64,000 nt of DNA from Scyliorhinus canicula (taxonomy: Eukaryota): positions 77,414,520 through 77,478,519 of the forward strand of contig NC_052159.1 of the NCBI RefSeq assembly GCF_902713615.1. Reading direction: 5' to 3'. How positions within the stretch are numbered: the first letter of the stretch is position 1; each line of letters opens with the position of its first letter. The position numbers and the translations under genes are program-made. The notes under the pieces are model-generated. The model was not told where the DNA came from, did not search any database, and worked only from the letters and a program-made list of their open reading frames with translations. Positions 38,158 to 50,800 of this stretch are shown one piece after another.

Positions 38158-38355
38158 GAGCGGGATTCTCCGTCTCGCTAGCTGGCCGATTGGGTTTCCC
38201 ATTGTTGGCAGCACCACATCGTTGGGAAATCCCTGTGTGTCGTGCGCTGCTACCGCAATGGAGAATCCCAACAGCGGAGAATCCAGCTCAAGGAGAACCT
38301 GGGACCCAGCGCTGTGAAGCTACAGTGCTAGCCACTTGTGCTACCATGCTGCCCA
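38158..38355. mobile_element. Short MITE (38158-38289) abutting a V-SINE head fragment (-, 38290-38355)
   Basis: TIRs gagcgggattctccg / cggagaatccagctc, then gaacctgggaccc...ctaccatgctgccc. Confidence 0.7.
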
Positions 38356-38625
38356 TGGTATGTCTTCACTGTTCCCAGTAGAGAAATCTCTAAACATGGG
38401 TAAACTTAATTCTTTGCTGCGAATAACCGCCTCTTGCAGTCACACCTTCTTAAGTTATATAATAGTTTTAAAAAGATATAACTGGTAAGAATATTGTTAT
38501 AGCAGCAGGTCACATGATCTGGTGTTGTTTCATTCATTCAACTTATGTTTTTATCAAGACTTTTCTCTTCCTAAGTTTCTTACATGTTCCATCTATTTAA
38601 AGGCACCTCACAAATCTTTACAAGA

Positions 38626-39525
38626 TGTTGCTCGTTCTGGGTGAGTGTGCTTTGCACTCAATTGGCTCTGTTTATTACTTAGCTCTGGAGTCGCCAGGTA
38701 TCGTTGTGATACCGCCACAAGATTCAAGTTCAAGTTCATATCAATGACTCAGTACACCAGTTAGTAAGTTCAGAACAAGACACGTTTATTATAATAGTTA
38801 TTTACTACTCATGCATAACACTAAGACTAAACTATTCCTACTACTAATAGGCCAATACTTAGCTGGAATAAGGGAACTGCCGGATCAGGGAACAATTGCC
38901 TCTTGCTCTTCACTGGGTCTGCAGGTTTCCAGTTGGTGTGGACTAAAGGGGTCAGGAATGTCTACTCTCGTAGCGTGCGTTGTATGACACTTACTTGATG
39001 GCGGCTGCTGACCAGGCCTCTCCTTCTCTTGGTCAAGGTCTTCTGCTGCAAAGGTGTTCTGCTGGGAGGGCCGGCTGGTCAAGAAGAAAGAATCAGTCCT
39101 GGGACCTGACTTTTATAGGTCCCAGGGGCTTCGCGCCATTCTGGGTGGACCCTCTATAAACTTGCAATTGATTGGGTCTCTTCCCAATCGATTGATTTGA
39201 ATTTCCCCAATAACGGGGCTGTTCCTTGATCACTGGGCGGTCCTTGGGGCTTATTGTTTCAGACTCCCTTTGGCGCCGAGAAGTCTGACCTTCTATAGAA
39301 TGTAGCGATTGCAGTTAACTGTTGTGTCCATTGTGGCCGGGAATCACCGGCAATCACTTCATTAATATGCAAACTTGTTAGTTACAATGCTGTCTGGTTT
39401 CTTTAGCAGCCAGAATACACAGGGGATTCTGCAAACTGCTTGTCTCGTTGCAACTGTCCATTTTTCCCTGAAACCTTTGCGTTCTTCCATTTTGTGTGAG
39501 GAAGTGACCAACCCAGGTGGCTACA
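38626..39525 (-). mobile_element. Solo LTR (900 bp)
   Basis: TG...CA termini (tgttgc...gctaca), flanks AAGA/AAGG (imperfect 4-bp TSD). On the minus strand: CCAAT boxes ~39170, TATAAAA at 39111-39117, AATAAA at 38785-38790. Confidence 0.72.
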
Positions 39526-40111
39526 AAGGAAAGAACATTGCTGCAACTACTCAGCTTTCTTCATTGCTTCTTTGCTTCAGCATAACATAAATTACTTCCA
39601 TGGCCTGAAAGAAACAGGATCCATTGAAGTTACTACCCATTAAATGACATGCTTGGCAATGATCTGAATCCCAGCCATGCTCTATAGTAACCGCAAAATT
39701 TACAACACAGCAAGCAGTGCTGGCATAGCTTAATTCATTTCTGCTTACATCCAGGAGAAAAAAACAATCCCCTCTATTTATTTCCAGAAGACTCAAATGT
39801 CCCAATACTCAGTCAGCAGAAATATTTAGTAAAAGGTTGTGGGATAGCACAAATGCTCAGCTTGCAATCTCGTTGCAACAACACGTTTCTAACTCCTGTT
39901 ACAATTATTATAGTTTGGAACTGGAGCTTTAAATTTAGGGTACATGAGAACTGTCTTGTGACCTGATCTGCTGTCTGCCTGATGGTAAGCCTGTGTGGTT
40001 TGATTGTTTGAAACCAAAGGACATCTTAGATTGTGTGAGTGAGATGTAGATGCAAGATATTGACACTTGAAGACAATGGCAGCATTGTTTTATCACGAGT
40101 AGACCCTGAAG

Positions 40112-40273
40112 GGGGGAAGTTTCTCGGCTGTTTCTCGGCGGCAGGAGGTGGCCTGCTGTTGGCCAGCAGTGGGGTCTTCTGGTCCAGCCGTTGTCAATGG
40201 GATTTCCCATTGAATCCATCTTACACCCACCAGGAGACGCTGGAAAATCCCCCCCCCCCCCCCCCCCCCCCCC
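40112..40273. mobile_element. Short MITE ending in a long C-run
   Basis: gggggaagtttctc...ggaaaatccccc, related in reverse to 9749-9982. Confidence 0.6.
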
Positions 40274-41239
40274 GCGCTCCCGAGTCTCTAAGAATCCCAG
40301 AAAGGTATAGTTGGAAATGGGTTGCCTACAAATCAACGAATATCAGACAGTGATGGGCCGGCGGAGTCATGATGGGCTGAAAGGCCTCTTGCCTTGCTGC
40401 AAATTCTATGACAGATAACAGAGTTTCCATGTGGTCAGCAGAGAGAAAAGGCTGCCTAACTGTGTGAGGTACTACAGCTGAATGCTGGAGGAGATGATCT
40501 CTCGTCAAAGAGATGCATTAAGCAGCCATCTAAGGATTTCAGGAGATTTATCGTGGTAGGGCCGGGGAAGAAGAATAATCAGAACATGCTTTACTCCTGC
40601 TGGTGGATTTAAAAAACTCTCTAAAAACTGAGGAAAACACCTGGAGACAGTCACCTGAAGTTGCAATTCAGCAATGCAAGGACCTACTTGAGCTGAATGA
40701 ACTGTTTAATATTTGCTTAAATGACTAATTCAGTGAAGAGTGCAAAGGGTGGTGAGCATAAACATATGGATTGTCACTTTTCACAGTTAAAGTATGTGGC
40801 CTACAAAAAGAAAAATAATGCTTAAGTGGTCTTAGTCATTTGTTTCAGTAAAAGTATTAACATGCGACATCTTGCTGTGTCATTATGTCAGTTAATAACT
40901 GGATTTTTAAAATCTCTTTTGATCTCTATGCCACTGCCATTTAAAGAGATTAGTAACTACTTACACTTTATCTGCTGGTTGACTTTTCCTTCCTTACGCT
41001 ATGACTCCACCAGTATTTGGTGCTTCCTGTTGTTGGAAAAGGTGTGGTAGGTATTGACGCACTTTGACCTGACTTCGAGGTTATTGCGTAAAGCAGTTGC
41101 TATCAGCTGTGGGTATACAAGGAAGCTTTCCCCTTGTAAAAGTGTATGACTTTGAGACTGAGCAGAGACTTCACAAAGCAAGACCAGCTGCTAGAGGAGG
41201 GTGGAGGTGGAGGACAAAAAGGAGAAAGAGGAGGACGAA

Positions 41240-42010
41240 ACATAGAAACGAGGAGCAAGCCACTTGGTCCTTCGAACCTGTTCTGCCATTGAACATGATC
41301 ATGAATGATCCATCTCAACGTCATATTCCTGCGCTCTCCACATATCCCGTGACACCTTTAGAGTCTAGCAATCTACTTCATTATTAAGTATATTCAATGA
41401 TTTGACCTCCAAAGCTTTTTGTGGTGAGAATTCACAGGTTCACCACCCTCTAATTGAAGAGGTTTTTCTTAATCTCAATTCTAAATGGCCACCCCGCATC
41501 CTGAGACCTGACCCCTTGGGCGAAATTCTCCCCTACCTGGCGGGACGGGGGGTCCCGGCGTAGCGGAGTGGCCCCAACCACTCCGGTGTCGGGCCTCCCC
41601 AAAGGTGCGGAATTCTCCGCATGTAGAATCATCTTGCAATGAAGGCCACCATACCATTTGCCTTCCTAACTGCTTGTTGCGCCTACATGCTTGCTTTCAG
41701 TGGCTGTTATGCTCAGACACCCAAGTCCCTTTGTATGACATTTCCCAATTTATCACCCTTTAAATAACACTGCCATTCTGTTTCTCCGTCCGAAGTGGAT
41801 ATTTTCACACTTATTCTCATTTTACTGCATGTTCCATATATTTGCCCACTCACTCAACTTAACTCGAAGTTACCTTGAAGCCTGAAACCTCAACATCCTC
41901 CTCACCAATCATATCCCCATCAAGTTTTGTGTCATCAGCAAACTTGGATGTATTACTTTTGGTCCCCTCATCTAAATCATAGATGTGTATTGTGAATAGC
42001 TGGGGAGAAG
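41240..42010 (-). mobile_element. CR1 LINE 3' fragment with a truncated Harbinger MITE end at 41518-41621
   Basis: catagaaac tail. gtgtcatcagcaaacttg is the reverse of KFADDT. The GC-rich insert starts gggcgaaattctcc. Confidence 0.82.
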
Positions 42011-43952
42011 GGAAGCAGCCAACTAGTCAGTTTTCTGCCTGGACTATGTGTGAATAACTACTCTGGAAGAGATATCCGTCTCTGCTAGCACAAGTCCCCA
42101 TTCACCAAAAGTGTTATTCTTTACCTCCCTCTGTCACTGACCTTAAAGTGTCATCTTGCCAAAAAAAAATACCATAAAACAAACATCTGAATCCAACTTT
42201 ATAAATGAAATCATATCATACTGCATTTAAAACATAAACCAGTCATTGTTGTGCATTCCCTTAATATCTTTCTTCCATGAACTGTTTTCCTAGTGGTTCC
42301 TGTACAATGCTACCCCATGGCTGCAGAAGTGGAAGGCTGTCAATGACAGATACAATATATCCTTCATGTTTTTCACTAATCCACCAGGACATCAAGTGTA
42401 GCATCAAAAAACATTGGGGCCCACACTCTCCCACATTGCACCATTCTTCAGTGTTTCCCAGGTCAGATCGTCATCTTGCATGATTGCCAGCACCTGTTCC
42501 AGTATCTCCCCTTGAAGAGGTTCAGGCGAGATTTTACAGCGCAGGCTAGCATTAACTGGTACTAGCAAGTATCAATCAAGTTCCCCTGCTATTGCATGTA
42601 GTAAATTAACATTGTGGTTGGCACTGGCTTCACACACAAATCATTATAATGAGCACGCAGTAGGAAGTTAGTGTGCCGACTGCATTTCAAACAACTGATA
42701 TGGGTGATCGCACACCACAATCTCCATAGCAGTTTTGAGGAGTTGTATAATTTAGCTCCCACTGGTGTCTCAGTTCTTAAAAACAATGTGAAAGACCAAA
42801 GTCTGTACTTGAAAAGTACAGAATGACAAGATATGTGTGCAAGACGTAATTCGGCAATACTAAACTAGCTATTTTGAATCTTAATGATTCTAGGAGGATC
42901 ACAAGATTGGGAAAGGATAATAATGTCAAGAGAGCCTTTCCAGGTTTGAGAACAGCATTTAATTTTAGCTTACGTTTGGACTTTATGGGCGTAATTCTCC
43001 AGCCTCTTTGCACTCTCGTTCGAGCAAAATGACGCCAGTGAATAGCAGGAACCGCGCTAGACGCCAAAAGGTTTGTGATGCATTCGGCCCGCTCCCGTAG
43101 GCGGAATCAGGATCTCACTGTAGCGCGGCGAGAAACCAATTATCTCCACTTAAGTCTCATTTCCATACAATTAATGGGAGCCACCCCATATCCAAGTGTC
43201 TCCCACCGTTCAGTGGCCTCCCCAACAAGTGGTCACGCTGGCGCCGATTAATACTCCTTTTGAAAAATGTGAACCTGGCAGAAGGACTGCTGTTGGGACC
43301 CTAGGAGGTGAGTAGCCATCTTTGCTCACAGGCAAAGAGCCTGGGGGCACTGGGCTTGCCATCCAAGTGCTCGGCAGGGTGTGGGGGAACCCGGCTGTGG
43401 GTAGGAGACCGTACAGGGGTGAGCCAACATGGGAGGGTGCGGGGGAGGCTCTGGGGGGGAAATTGCACATGACACTACCATGCCAAATCCTGGACCTGTG
43501 TTCCTGTTCCGGGGCAACCCTTGTCCCTGCCCGTCTGCCCACCTGCCACCCATAACCCCCATTGACTGCTGAGGCCTCTGGCTGTGCAGCTGAAGGCCAC
43601 TGCCAATAGAGAATTGGCAATCATAGTTAAGTGAGCATTTCACACAACCCAAGTGGATTCCCGTGGGCAGGTGAGCCATATAGCATGTGGGAGTCATTAC
43701 CCAGTATTCCAATCACACCCTGATGCCTGGACACTGTGCGTGAACACTGCGGGAGGCAACACCACACACGCAGCTGCCAACATCCAAACACCCAGGGGAT
43801 GGGACACAGCTCTGGGGCCATGTCCACGGCCGGAGGATGGGTGAGTGCCACGGTGAGGGTGGAATGCATGGAGAGATGGGCCAAGGGTATGGATTTCAGC
43901 TATTTTGAGGAAGAAAGTGACAGAGGCATCATACTGGTTGTGCACAAAGGTA

Positions 43953-45769
43953 TTTATTGCGTGAACAATTTCCCCAATGATGCTGCCCCCTCCTACCAAC
44001 CCCACCCCGCCCACTACTCCCTCACCCTCTGCAGCCACATCAGAGGGGAGGAATGCGGGGCGAGCTGGTGGCCACCATCACCACTCCATGGGACGAGCTG
44101 CGTTGGTACACAGTACCCCCTCTGACTGCTCGGTGCCCATAGGGCCCTAGGGGTTCACCATGGGATGGAAGGGCAGCTGGTTCAAGCCCCTGCTGCCCCT
44201 GCATCATTTGGCTCTGCCAGCCCTGGTGGTTCCCCATGGTCCCCACCATCATGTCGAAACCCTCAGTGATGCTCCTCAGTGACTGGGATATACTCTGCAG
44301 CGCCTCATCAGTGACTACCCACGACTGGGACAAGCACCGCAGTGCCTCGGCTATGCTCATCTGAGAACGGGACATGTCCCGCAGAACATCTTCAAGGTCA
44401 GCCTGGTACTGAGTGACATCTCCCAGCAAGACGAACATTGTGTCAAGACCCTCAGCCATGGCCTTCACTGACTAGGCAACGCCTTGGCCATCTTCACTAA
44501 TGGTGCCGACATTGTGCACCCGGCTCTCCACTGCGGTCACCATGCTAAGCAGTGTTGGCCTCGGTGCCATGCTTTGCCGGCGCCATCTCCTGTGCCCATA
44601 GCCTCTGGGACTCCTCCAATTGGCTACAGACCTCCTGGAAAATCGCCGACATCTCCCTCTGAATGTCCTGGGCACACCCTAACATCTCCCATCAGCTCCA
44701 GAAAACCTTCTTCCACAGACTCAGCATCAGACTGGGACCGATTGTGTCCTGGGATCCAGAAGACCTTCGAATGCTATCATGCTGGAGGGTTCCTGCCTCC
44801 ACCTGATGTGCATCAGTGACTTGCGTGGTGCTCACCAGATTGAGCACCAGAAGCCTGACCACTAATATTTCCCATTGAGATGTGTATATCTGCGCTGGTG
44901 AGGGGTGGGGATGACAGCTGTGATGCCTTGATCATGTCTTCCTCGGAGCTTCCCTCCGAGGGGTTCTCCTGTAAGAATGGAGAGAGTGCAACCCAGGATG
45001 GGCCAGCACCGTCGGCTGGAGGACCTGCGGAGAATGGACATGTGGGCAGTGGGAGGGAAGGGTAAGTCAGTAAGGCAATAACAACTCACGTTTGACTGGT
45101 CCTTTGGGTGGAGCCCATTGGTTCCTCACCTCTGCGGCATCCGCCAGCTTCTGCATTTGTGATCCCTCTGTCCTCGGCCATCCCTGTCACCTTTAAAGTT
45201 TGTTCCTTGAAGGAGGTGAGGATTCTTATGTCTGGCACCCCACTGCCAGTCTGGGCCCCTTTTTGACGGTTGCGGGGGAGCTTTTCCTGAGACGACACAG
45301 AGAGAGCATCCTTAGCCACATGCGTGATTCACAGTGGTGGCAGTGGGTGTGTCTAGGAAGGATTGTGGGGGGGGTTGAAGGGATGGGGGCTGGAGGGGGG
45401 ATTGGGGGATATTGAAGGGAGAGTGGGTGAAGGGCGGGTTCAGGGTCGCATGGAGAGTTGAGGGGGCTGGATGCTCGCATGGAGGTAGAAATGTCTTGGG
45501 GTTGGTGAGGGGGAGGGCGTTGGTGTCTACTCACCCGTGCTGCCCGCAGTAGGTTCGTTGATCTTTTTCTGGCTCTGCCGGCCAGTCCTCCGAGTCGCAA
45601 TCTTGGCGCTCACAGCCGCCGCCACCTCACCCCAGGCAGCACTGGCTGCCCTGTGACTGACCCTCCGGTTCTCCCGGGGGACCAGGACATCCTTCCTGGC
45701 CTCCATGGTGTCTAGGAGTCTGGCCAGATCTGCAGCCTTGAACCTTGGGACCGGTCTCCTGGGTGGCAT
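43953..45769 (-). pseudogene. Harbinger Myb/SANT-like gene: exons 45769-45535, 45286-45130, 45024-~44000
   Basis: CGG|gtgagt at 45534, ctctctgtgtcgtctcag at 45287, GAG|gtgagg at 45129, cattctccgcag at 45025. Heptad-like ORF 44040..44468. AATAAA at 43953-43958. Confidence 0.74.
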
Positions 45770-45887
45770 TGTTGCAAGCTGGCTGTGCAAGAGCTGTTTA
45801 GGTTCAGCTGAACATTGTTAGCAGGGCGGGGGGGCTAGCAGGTGCGGTGCCAGTGAATCGGCTGGCGAGCCTTCATTTGGGATGAGA

Positions 45888-46195
45888 ATGGTAGCATAGT
45901 GGTTAGCACTGTTGTTCACAGCACCAGGGACCAGGGTTCAATTCCTGCTTGTGTCACTATCTGTGCAGAATCTGCATGTTTTCTCCGTGTCTGCGTGGGT
46001 TTCCTCTGGGTGCTCCAGTTTCCTCTCACAAATCCTGAAAGACGTGCTTGTTAGGTGAATTGGACATTCTGAATTCTCCCTCAGTGTACCCGAACAGGTG
46101 CTGGAATGTGGCAACGCGGGGATTTTGACAGTAACTACAATGCAGTGTTAATGTAAGCCTACTTGTGAAACTAATAAAGATTATTATTAATATTA
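45888..46195 (+). mobile_element. V-SINE with 'gcgccggaat' tail, inserted in the Harbinger element
   Basis: Head, V-domain, tail ending aataaagattattatt. Confidence 0.85.
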
Positions 46196-47174
46196 GAAGC
46201 CCGTGAAGCCTCGTGAAGTGGACCAATTAACGTTGAATAGCGTTGCCGGCCTTGTTGGGCCGAGTACCGGGAAGCTCGATGCAGTTCCAGCTCGCGACCA
46301 TATTTCGAAATCTTTCCGGAGAATTCCACCCGATAATAACGCAACAGTTCAGCTCTTGGTATGAAAGCAGAGTCAAACCTTCTAAAATGCAGATTTAACA
46401 CAGTGGAGATGGTACTGTTTGAGGTTCAAGGTGAAGTTAGAAGTGATAGCAAGACCAAGAACACCAAAGCATGAAGAATAAAAGATGGACACATCAGATC
46501 GATATTTTATCACTCGTAAGTCTAACCAAGAGTTATACAAAAGGTTTTCTTTGAAGGATTGATCAGAACAGGTGTTGGAATTTCCTCAACGTTTTACCTG
46601 CTCCATTGATGCAACTTCGCTGCAAGCGATATTAGCCTGACTCACGTAAAATGCATCTACTCACATATAAAGAGCTTCCGTTGCTCCACCTAAGTTACAA
46701 TAGCAGAACAGTTGTAGTTTCAAGCAAATTCACAATCAATATTGTTGCTACCTTATTGGATGGCTTTGTGAGAATCAAGATCTTGTGGTTGAGCTATTGC
46801 ATTGCAGGAGGGCTGATGGCTTTGTGTGCTTGAGGCATGCGATCAGAAACAAACTAATGAATTTAGAATGGAATCGTTGTCAAAAATATAGACAACACCA
46901 AAGGATAAATGAAGAGAGCCTTTTATGTGAAGGAGGAATAGAGAAGAAGAAGAGGGAGACCCCTGGACAGTTCGTAAATTGATGGGAAAGGAATCAGATC
47001 TAAGGCAGGGTGATTTAAAAACAAACTTTCTTGCCATGAAGGTAGCTTTGATGGGTACAAAGTCAGGTTGTTCTAAATTGCAATGTCAGACCCTGTTAAA
47101 TTTTTTCTGAATGTCCAACACAATGACATATAATTCACTCAAGGGCAGTGTTCCAAAGTTGCCTAACACAGGAA

Positions 47175-47490
47175 GCAAAGTCACTGTTGGAATGGGGAGA
47201 CAGTAGTGTCACTGGACTAGTAATCCAGAGATCCAGGGTAATGCTCTGAGGGCCTGAGTTCAAATCCCGCCATGGCAGAATCCTGCAATTAAAAGTCTCA
47301 TGATGACCATGAAGCACCTGTCAATCTGGTTCACTAATGAAGGAAATCTGTCATCCTTCCCTGGTCTGGCCTACATATAACTCCAGACCAGCAGCGATGT
47401 GGTTGACTCTTAAATGCCCTCAGGGATGAGCAATAAATGCTGGCCCAACCAGAGATGCCCACATCCCATAAACAAATAAAGAGAAAAAAA
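47175..47490 (+). mobile_element. tRNA-derived SINE sharing its 3' tail with the LINE at 22105-22915
   Basis: Head gtagtgtcactggactagtaatccagag...gagttcaaatccc (B box). Tail gggatgagcaataaatgctggcccaaccagagatgcccacatccc. Confidence 0.78.
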
Positions 47491-47677
47491 TGGGGCTGCT
47501 GAAAACCATGTTGTAATTATAGACTTAGCCACAACATTCAAGCCATTGAATAATTTAAGAGCAGAACAAACCTGCATGTTTGGATTTAGAATTTTTTTGT
47601 CTGGTAAATTGCTGGAAGTAGGAACTGATGATCCAGATCTTCTGGTCAGTGGCAATGCTGGGTGCATTTGGGAATAG

Positions 47678-48000
47678 TGTGGTCGGGTCAGGGAGTGGGG
47701 GGGGGGGGCTATTTGGGCCAGGCTAATTAGGTCGGGTTGAGGATAGTCGGGACGGATCAGGAGTGGGCAGGAGGGATAGTCAGATTGGCTTGGGATAGTC
47801 AGGTCGGGAGGAATAGTCAGGCCAGGTTTTGGGGGGGGGGGGGGGTGATAATAGATCAGGAGGTACTATCGGGTCAGGTCAGGAGTGATAGCTGGTTCAG
47901 GGGCGGGGAGGAGGGGGTGGTGGCAGTTGGGTTGATGGGGGGAGTGTGGGATAGCTGGATTGGGTCGGGCCGGGATGGGGAGACAGTTGAGTCAGGCCAT
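47678..48000 (+). repeat. Degenerate G-rich minisatellite (gatagtcagg/ggtcggg units)
   Basis: Repeated ggatagtcgg, ggatagtcag, gaatagtcag, tgatagctgg units. Confidence 0.65.
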
Positions 48001-48019
48001 TGGATCTAGAGTAGCGGGA

Positions 48020-48360
48020 TAAAAACAGAATTGGAAAAACTCAGCAGGTCTGGCAACATCTATGAAGAGAGAAACAGTTAATAACTCGAGTGCATAGAAC
48101 TTCTTCAGAGCTAAATAGAGGGAGAAACATGATGGGTTTTGTACTGTTTAAGAGGGGGTGGACAGGTGTAGCAAAACAGGAAGTCAGGAAAAGGTGAGAG
48201 CTCAGGAGAGATTTAACAAGATGTGACAAAGATGTCATGGGCACAAGACAAAGGAGTGTTAAAGTTTAAAGATAGTAGCTTGAAGGTAAGATATCAGAAT
48301 CCATCACCAGCTGAACAAGGGTTAGTACTCTGTGAAAGCAAAACAAAGTACATGGAGAGG
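48020..48360 (-). mobile_element. Penelope-like terminal repeat fragment
   Basis: aaaacagaa..ggaaaaactcagcaggtctggcaacatct..gagagaaacagttaa. The minus strand has CTGAAGA with a degraded GAAA box. Confidence 0.65.
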
Positions 48361-48829
48361 TAACAATATTTAAAGTTTAAAAAACTGATGTAATGAGACG
48401 TTTATAATTGTTCTTTCAGTGCCAGAGAGGTGTACTTGTATTTGGCATTTGAAAAAGGGTTCTTCGGGTAAAATAGACAAGATTTAATTTTCTGAAATTA
48501 GTTCTGTAGGAATGCGAAAACTTCACACCATTCAATGCATTTTAATAGCGAGATGACATTTTTTGGGAAGATAATATAAAAACATCACACTCCGACAGCA
48601 ATTTTGGAATTTATAGGGTTCAATCAAGCATCTTCCCTTTTCCTGAAGTTGCTATTACATATGGGCATAAATATTGAAGAGTGCCATAGGTTCATGGTTA
48701 GTTTGATAGCAAATGATGGTTCACTGGTAACAGGACAGTACTATTTTATGAGGGATACGACAAGCAGAAGCAAATTTCCAAGGTGTCCGGAGGAAAGAAA
48801 AGGAAAGGGCGCCAATCAATGATTAATCA

Positions 48830-49470
48830 GATTGTATATATCTTCAATATGATAAGAATGATAGCATCGGGCCCAGAGGTCTTGGAGATGGGAACAGATG
48901 ACTGGAAAGAGCTGGAAGGAGTAAATTTAATGTTAGTCATAATGATAAAATAAATTGGGGGAAAATTCTTCATGAGGGTTATCAAAACAGAGTTGAATGA
49001 GAAAGGGAAGCCAAATAGATCAGCTTTTTCTTTAGGACTGTCTATAATTGTGACACAAAGTGGAGGAGAAATGAATAAGGGCAAAATTACAAGAGATTGC
49101 CTTGTCAAGGGATCGGAAGTAATGATGAGTGGAGGGTGGAATACAGTTATAATGCTCTTGTTCAAAATGTTTTATGTCACAGCTCTAAGTGCATTCAAAG
49201 ACAATGCAATCAAAGATGGAGTTGGATCAGGATGTTTAAAACCGATCATAATTCCAGATACAAAAAGTGGAGTCCTAATGAGAGACAGCAGAATCACTGG
49301 TATAAAATGAGACAAAATGCCAAACAAGTCATGATGGGTTTACAAAGCATGACATTTAGAGATAGCTGTGAGAAGTTGGACAATACTTTTTATGCCAATA
49401 CGGTGCAAGGAATAAGAATTAAAGGTAATGAAAGGTTGAGAAATTATTTGAATTATTGGGATGATCAAAG
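48830..49470 (-). mobile_element. Old LINE ORF2 fragment (EN-RT linker, Jockey/CR1 group)
   Basis: SPKEKADLF..F..NS and KTSGPDAI...ILK motifs in ORF 48827..49165. Confidence 0.55.
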
Positions 49471-49667
49471 GCAGGTTGATTAGCGAACTATTTAAATTAA
49501 TTTATTGGAAAGCAAAATTGAGACTTGAAGAGTGTTGTGGGTCTGGATACCTATAAATTCAAGCAAGAAGGCACAGCATTTGTAACAAATATACTTTTAA
49601 ACATTACCAACGGCTGTGAAAAATTGAAAATCTTTAGTAAGTATTAGCACCATATTGAAGGAGACAC

Positions 49668-49972
49668 AGGCGACATGGTGGCACAGTGGTTAACACTGTT
49701 GCTTCACAGTGCCAGGCTCCCAGGTTCGATTCCTGGTTTGGGTCATGGTCTGTGTGGAGTCTGCATGTTCCCTCTGTGCCTGCATGGGTTTCCTCCGGGT
49801 GCTCCAGTTTCTTCCCACAAGTCCCTAAAGATATGCTGTTAGGTAATATGGATATTCTGAATTCTCCCTCCATGTACCCAAACAAGCGCTGGAATGTGGC
49901 GCCTAGGGGCTTTTCACAGTAACCTCATTGCAGTGTTAATGTAAGCTTACTTGTAACAATAAAGATTATTAT
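49668..49972 (+). mobile_element. V-SINE with 'gcgccggaat' tail
   Basis: Head, V-domain, tail ggggcttttcacagtaacctcattgcagtgttaatgtaagc...aataaagattatta. Confidence 0.85.
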
Positions 49973-50159
49973 ACAAGAAAACATAATCAACTGCAACCTC
50001 AAGATATGAAAGTATCCAACAGATACACCACATAGTAAAAGTATCCACCCAATTATGAATTGCATGGGTCATTCAGTAAAAATGATTTTATTTTTTAATA
50101 ATGGCCGATATCGCCTTTGGTATTCTGTTCACTACAACGTTTTTGCAGCTTCCAATTTG

Positions 50160-50800
50160 CTCAATGAACATCGGTGTCACATTTGACCCCGAGCTGAGCT
50201 TCTGACCCTGTCCTCGCTCCATCATTCAAAGCAACATTAGGACCATTTATTTCTACTTCCATAACAGCACCCACCTTTGCTCCTGTCTCAGTTCTTCGAC
50301 CATCCATAAAATTGAGATCATTCAAAATTTGCTGCCCGTTTCTTAACTCACACCAATTCCCAATCACCCATCACCCCTCTGCTTGCCAACCTATACTATC
50401 CTCTGGTCAAGCAACATCATGATTTTAAAATATTCATCCTCCTTTCCAAATCGTTCCATGCCCTCCTTATCTCTCTAATTTCCTCCAGCCTTACAGCCCT
50501 CTATTTGTGTTCCTCCAAGTCTGGTCTTTTGAGTATGCCCAATGTTAATTGCTCCACCATTGGTGGTCACTCCTTCAGTTACCTCAACCCCAAGATCTGG
50601 AATGTCCTTCCTACAACATTCCACCTCTCTACCCCACTTTCCACCTTCACCACTCTCCTTCAAACCAACCTCTTTGCCCGAGTTTTTGGTCATCTGACCT
50701 TATCTCTTTATGTGGCTCGGTTTCACGTTTTGCTTTCTGATGCTCTTGTGAAGCACATTTTGATTTTTTATTGCACTAAAGATGCAATATAAATACACAA
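50160..50800 (+). mobile_element. L2-clade LINE 3' end
   Basis: NIGVTFDPELSF, ..IQN.AA, SPITPLLANL, FKIFIL, GGHSFSYLNPKIWNVLP...LLQTNLF remnants. 3' end tgtgaagcac...gcaatataaata. Confidence 0.78.

Larger units (their letters stand above)
42987..46331 (-). mobile_element. Second Harbinger-like element carrying a three-exon Myb/SANT-like gene
   Basis: TIRs gggcgtaattctcc / ggagaattccaccc, flanks TAT/GAT. MPPRRPVPRFKAADLARLLDTMEARKDVL...AAWGEVAAAVSA...RTGRQSQKKINE. Confidence 0.82.
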
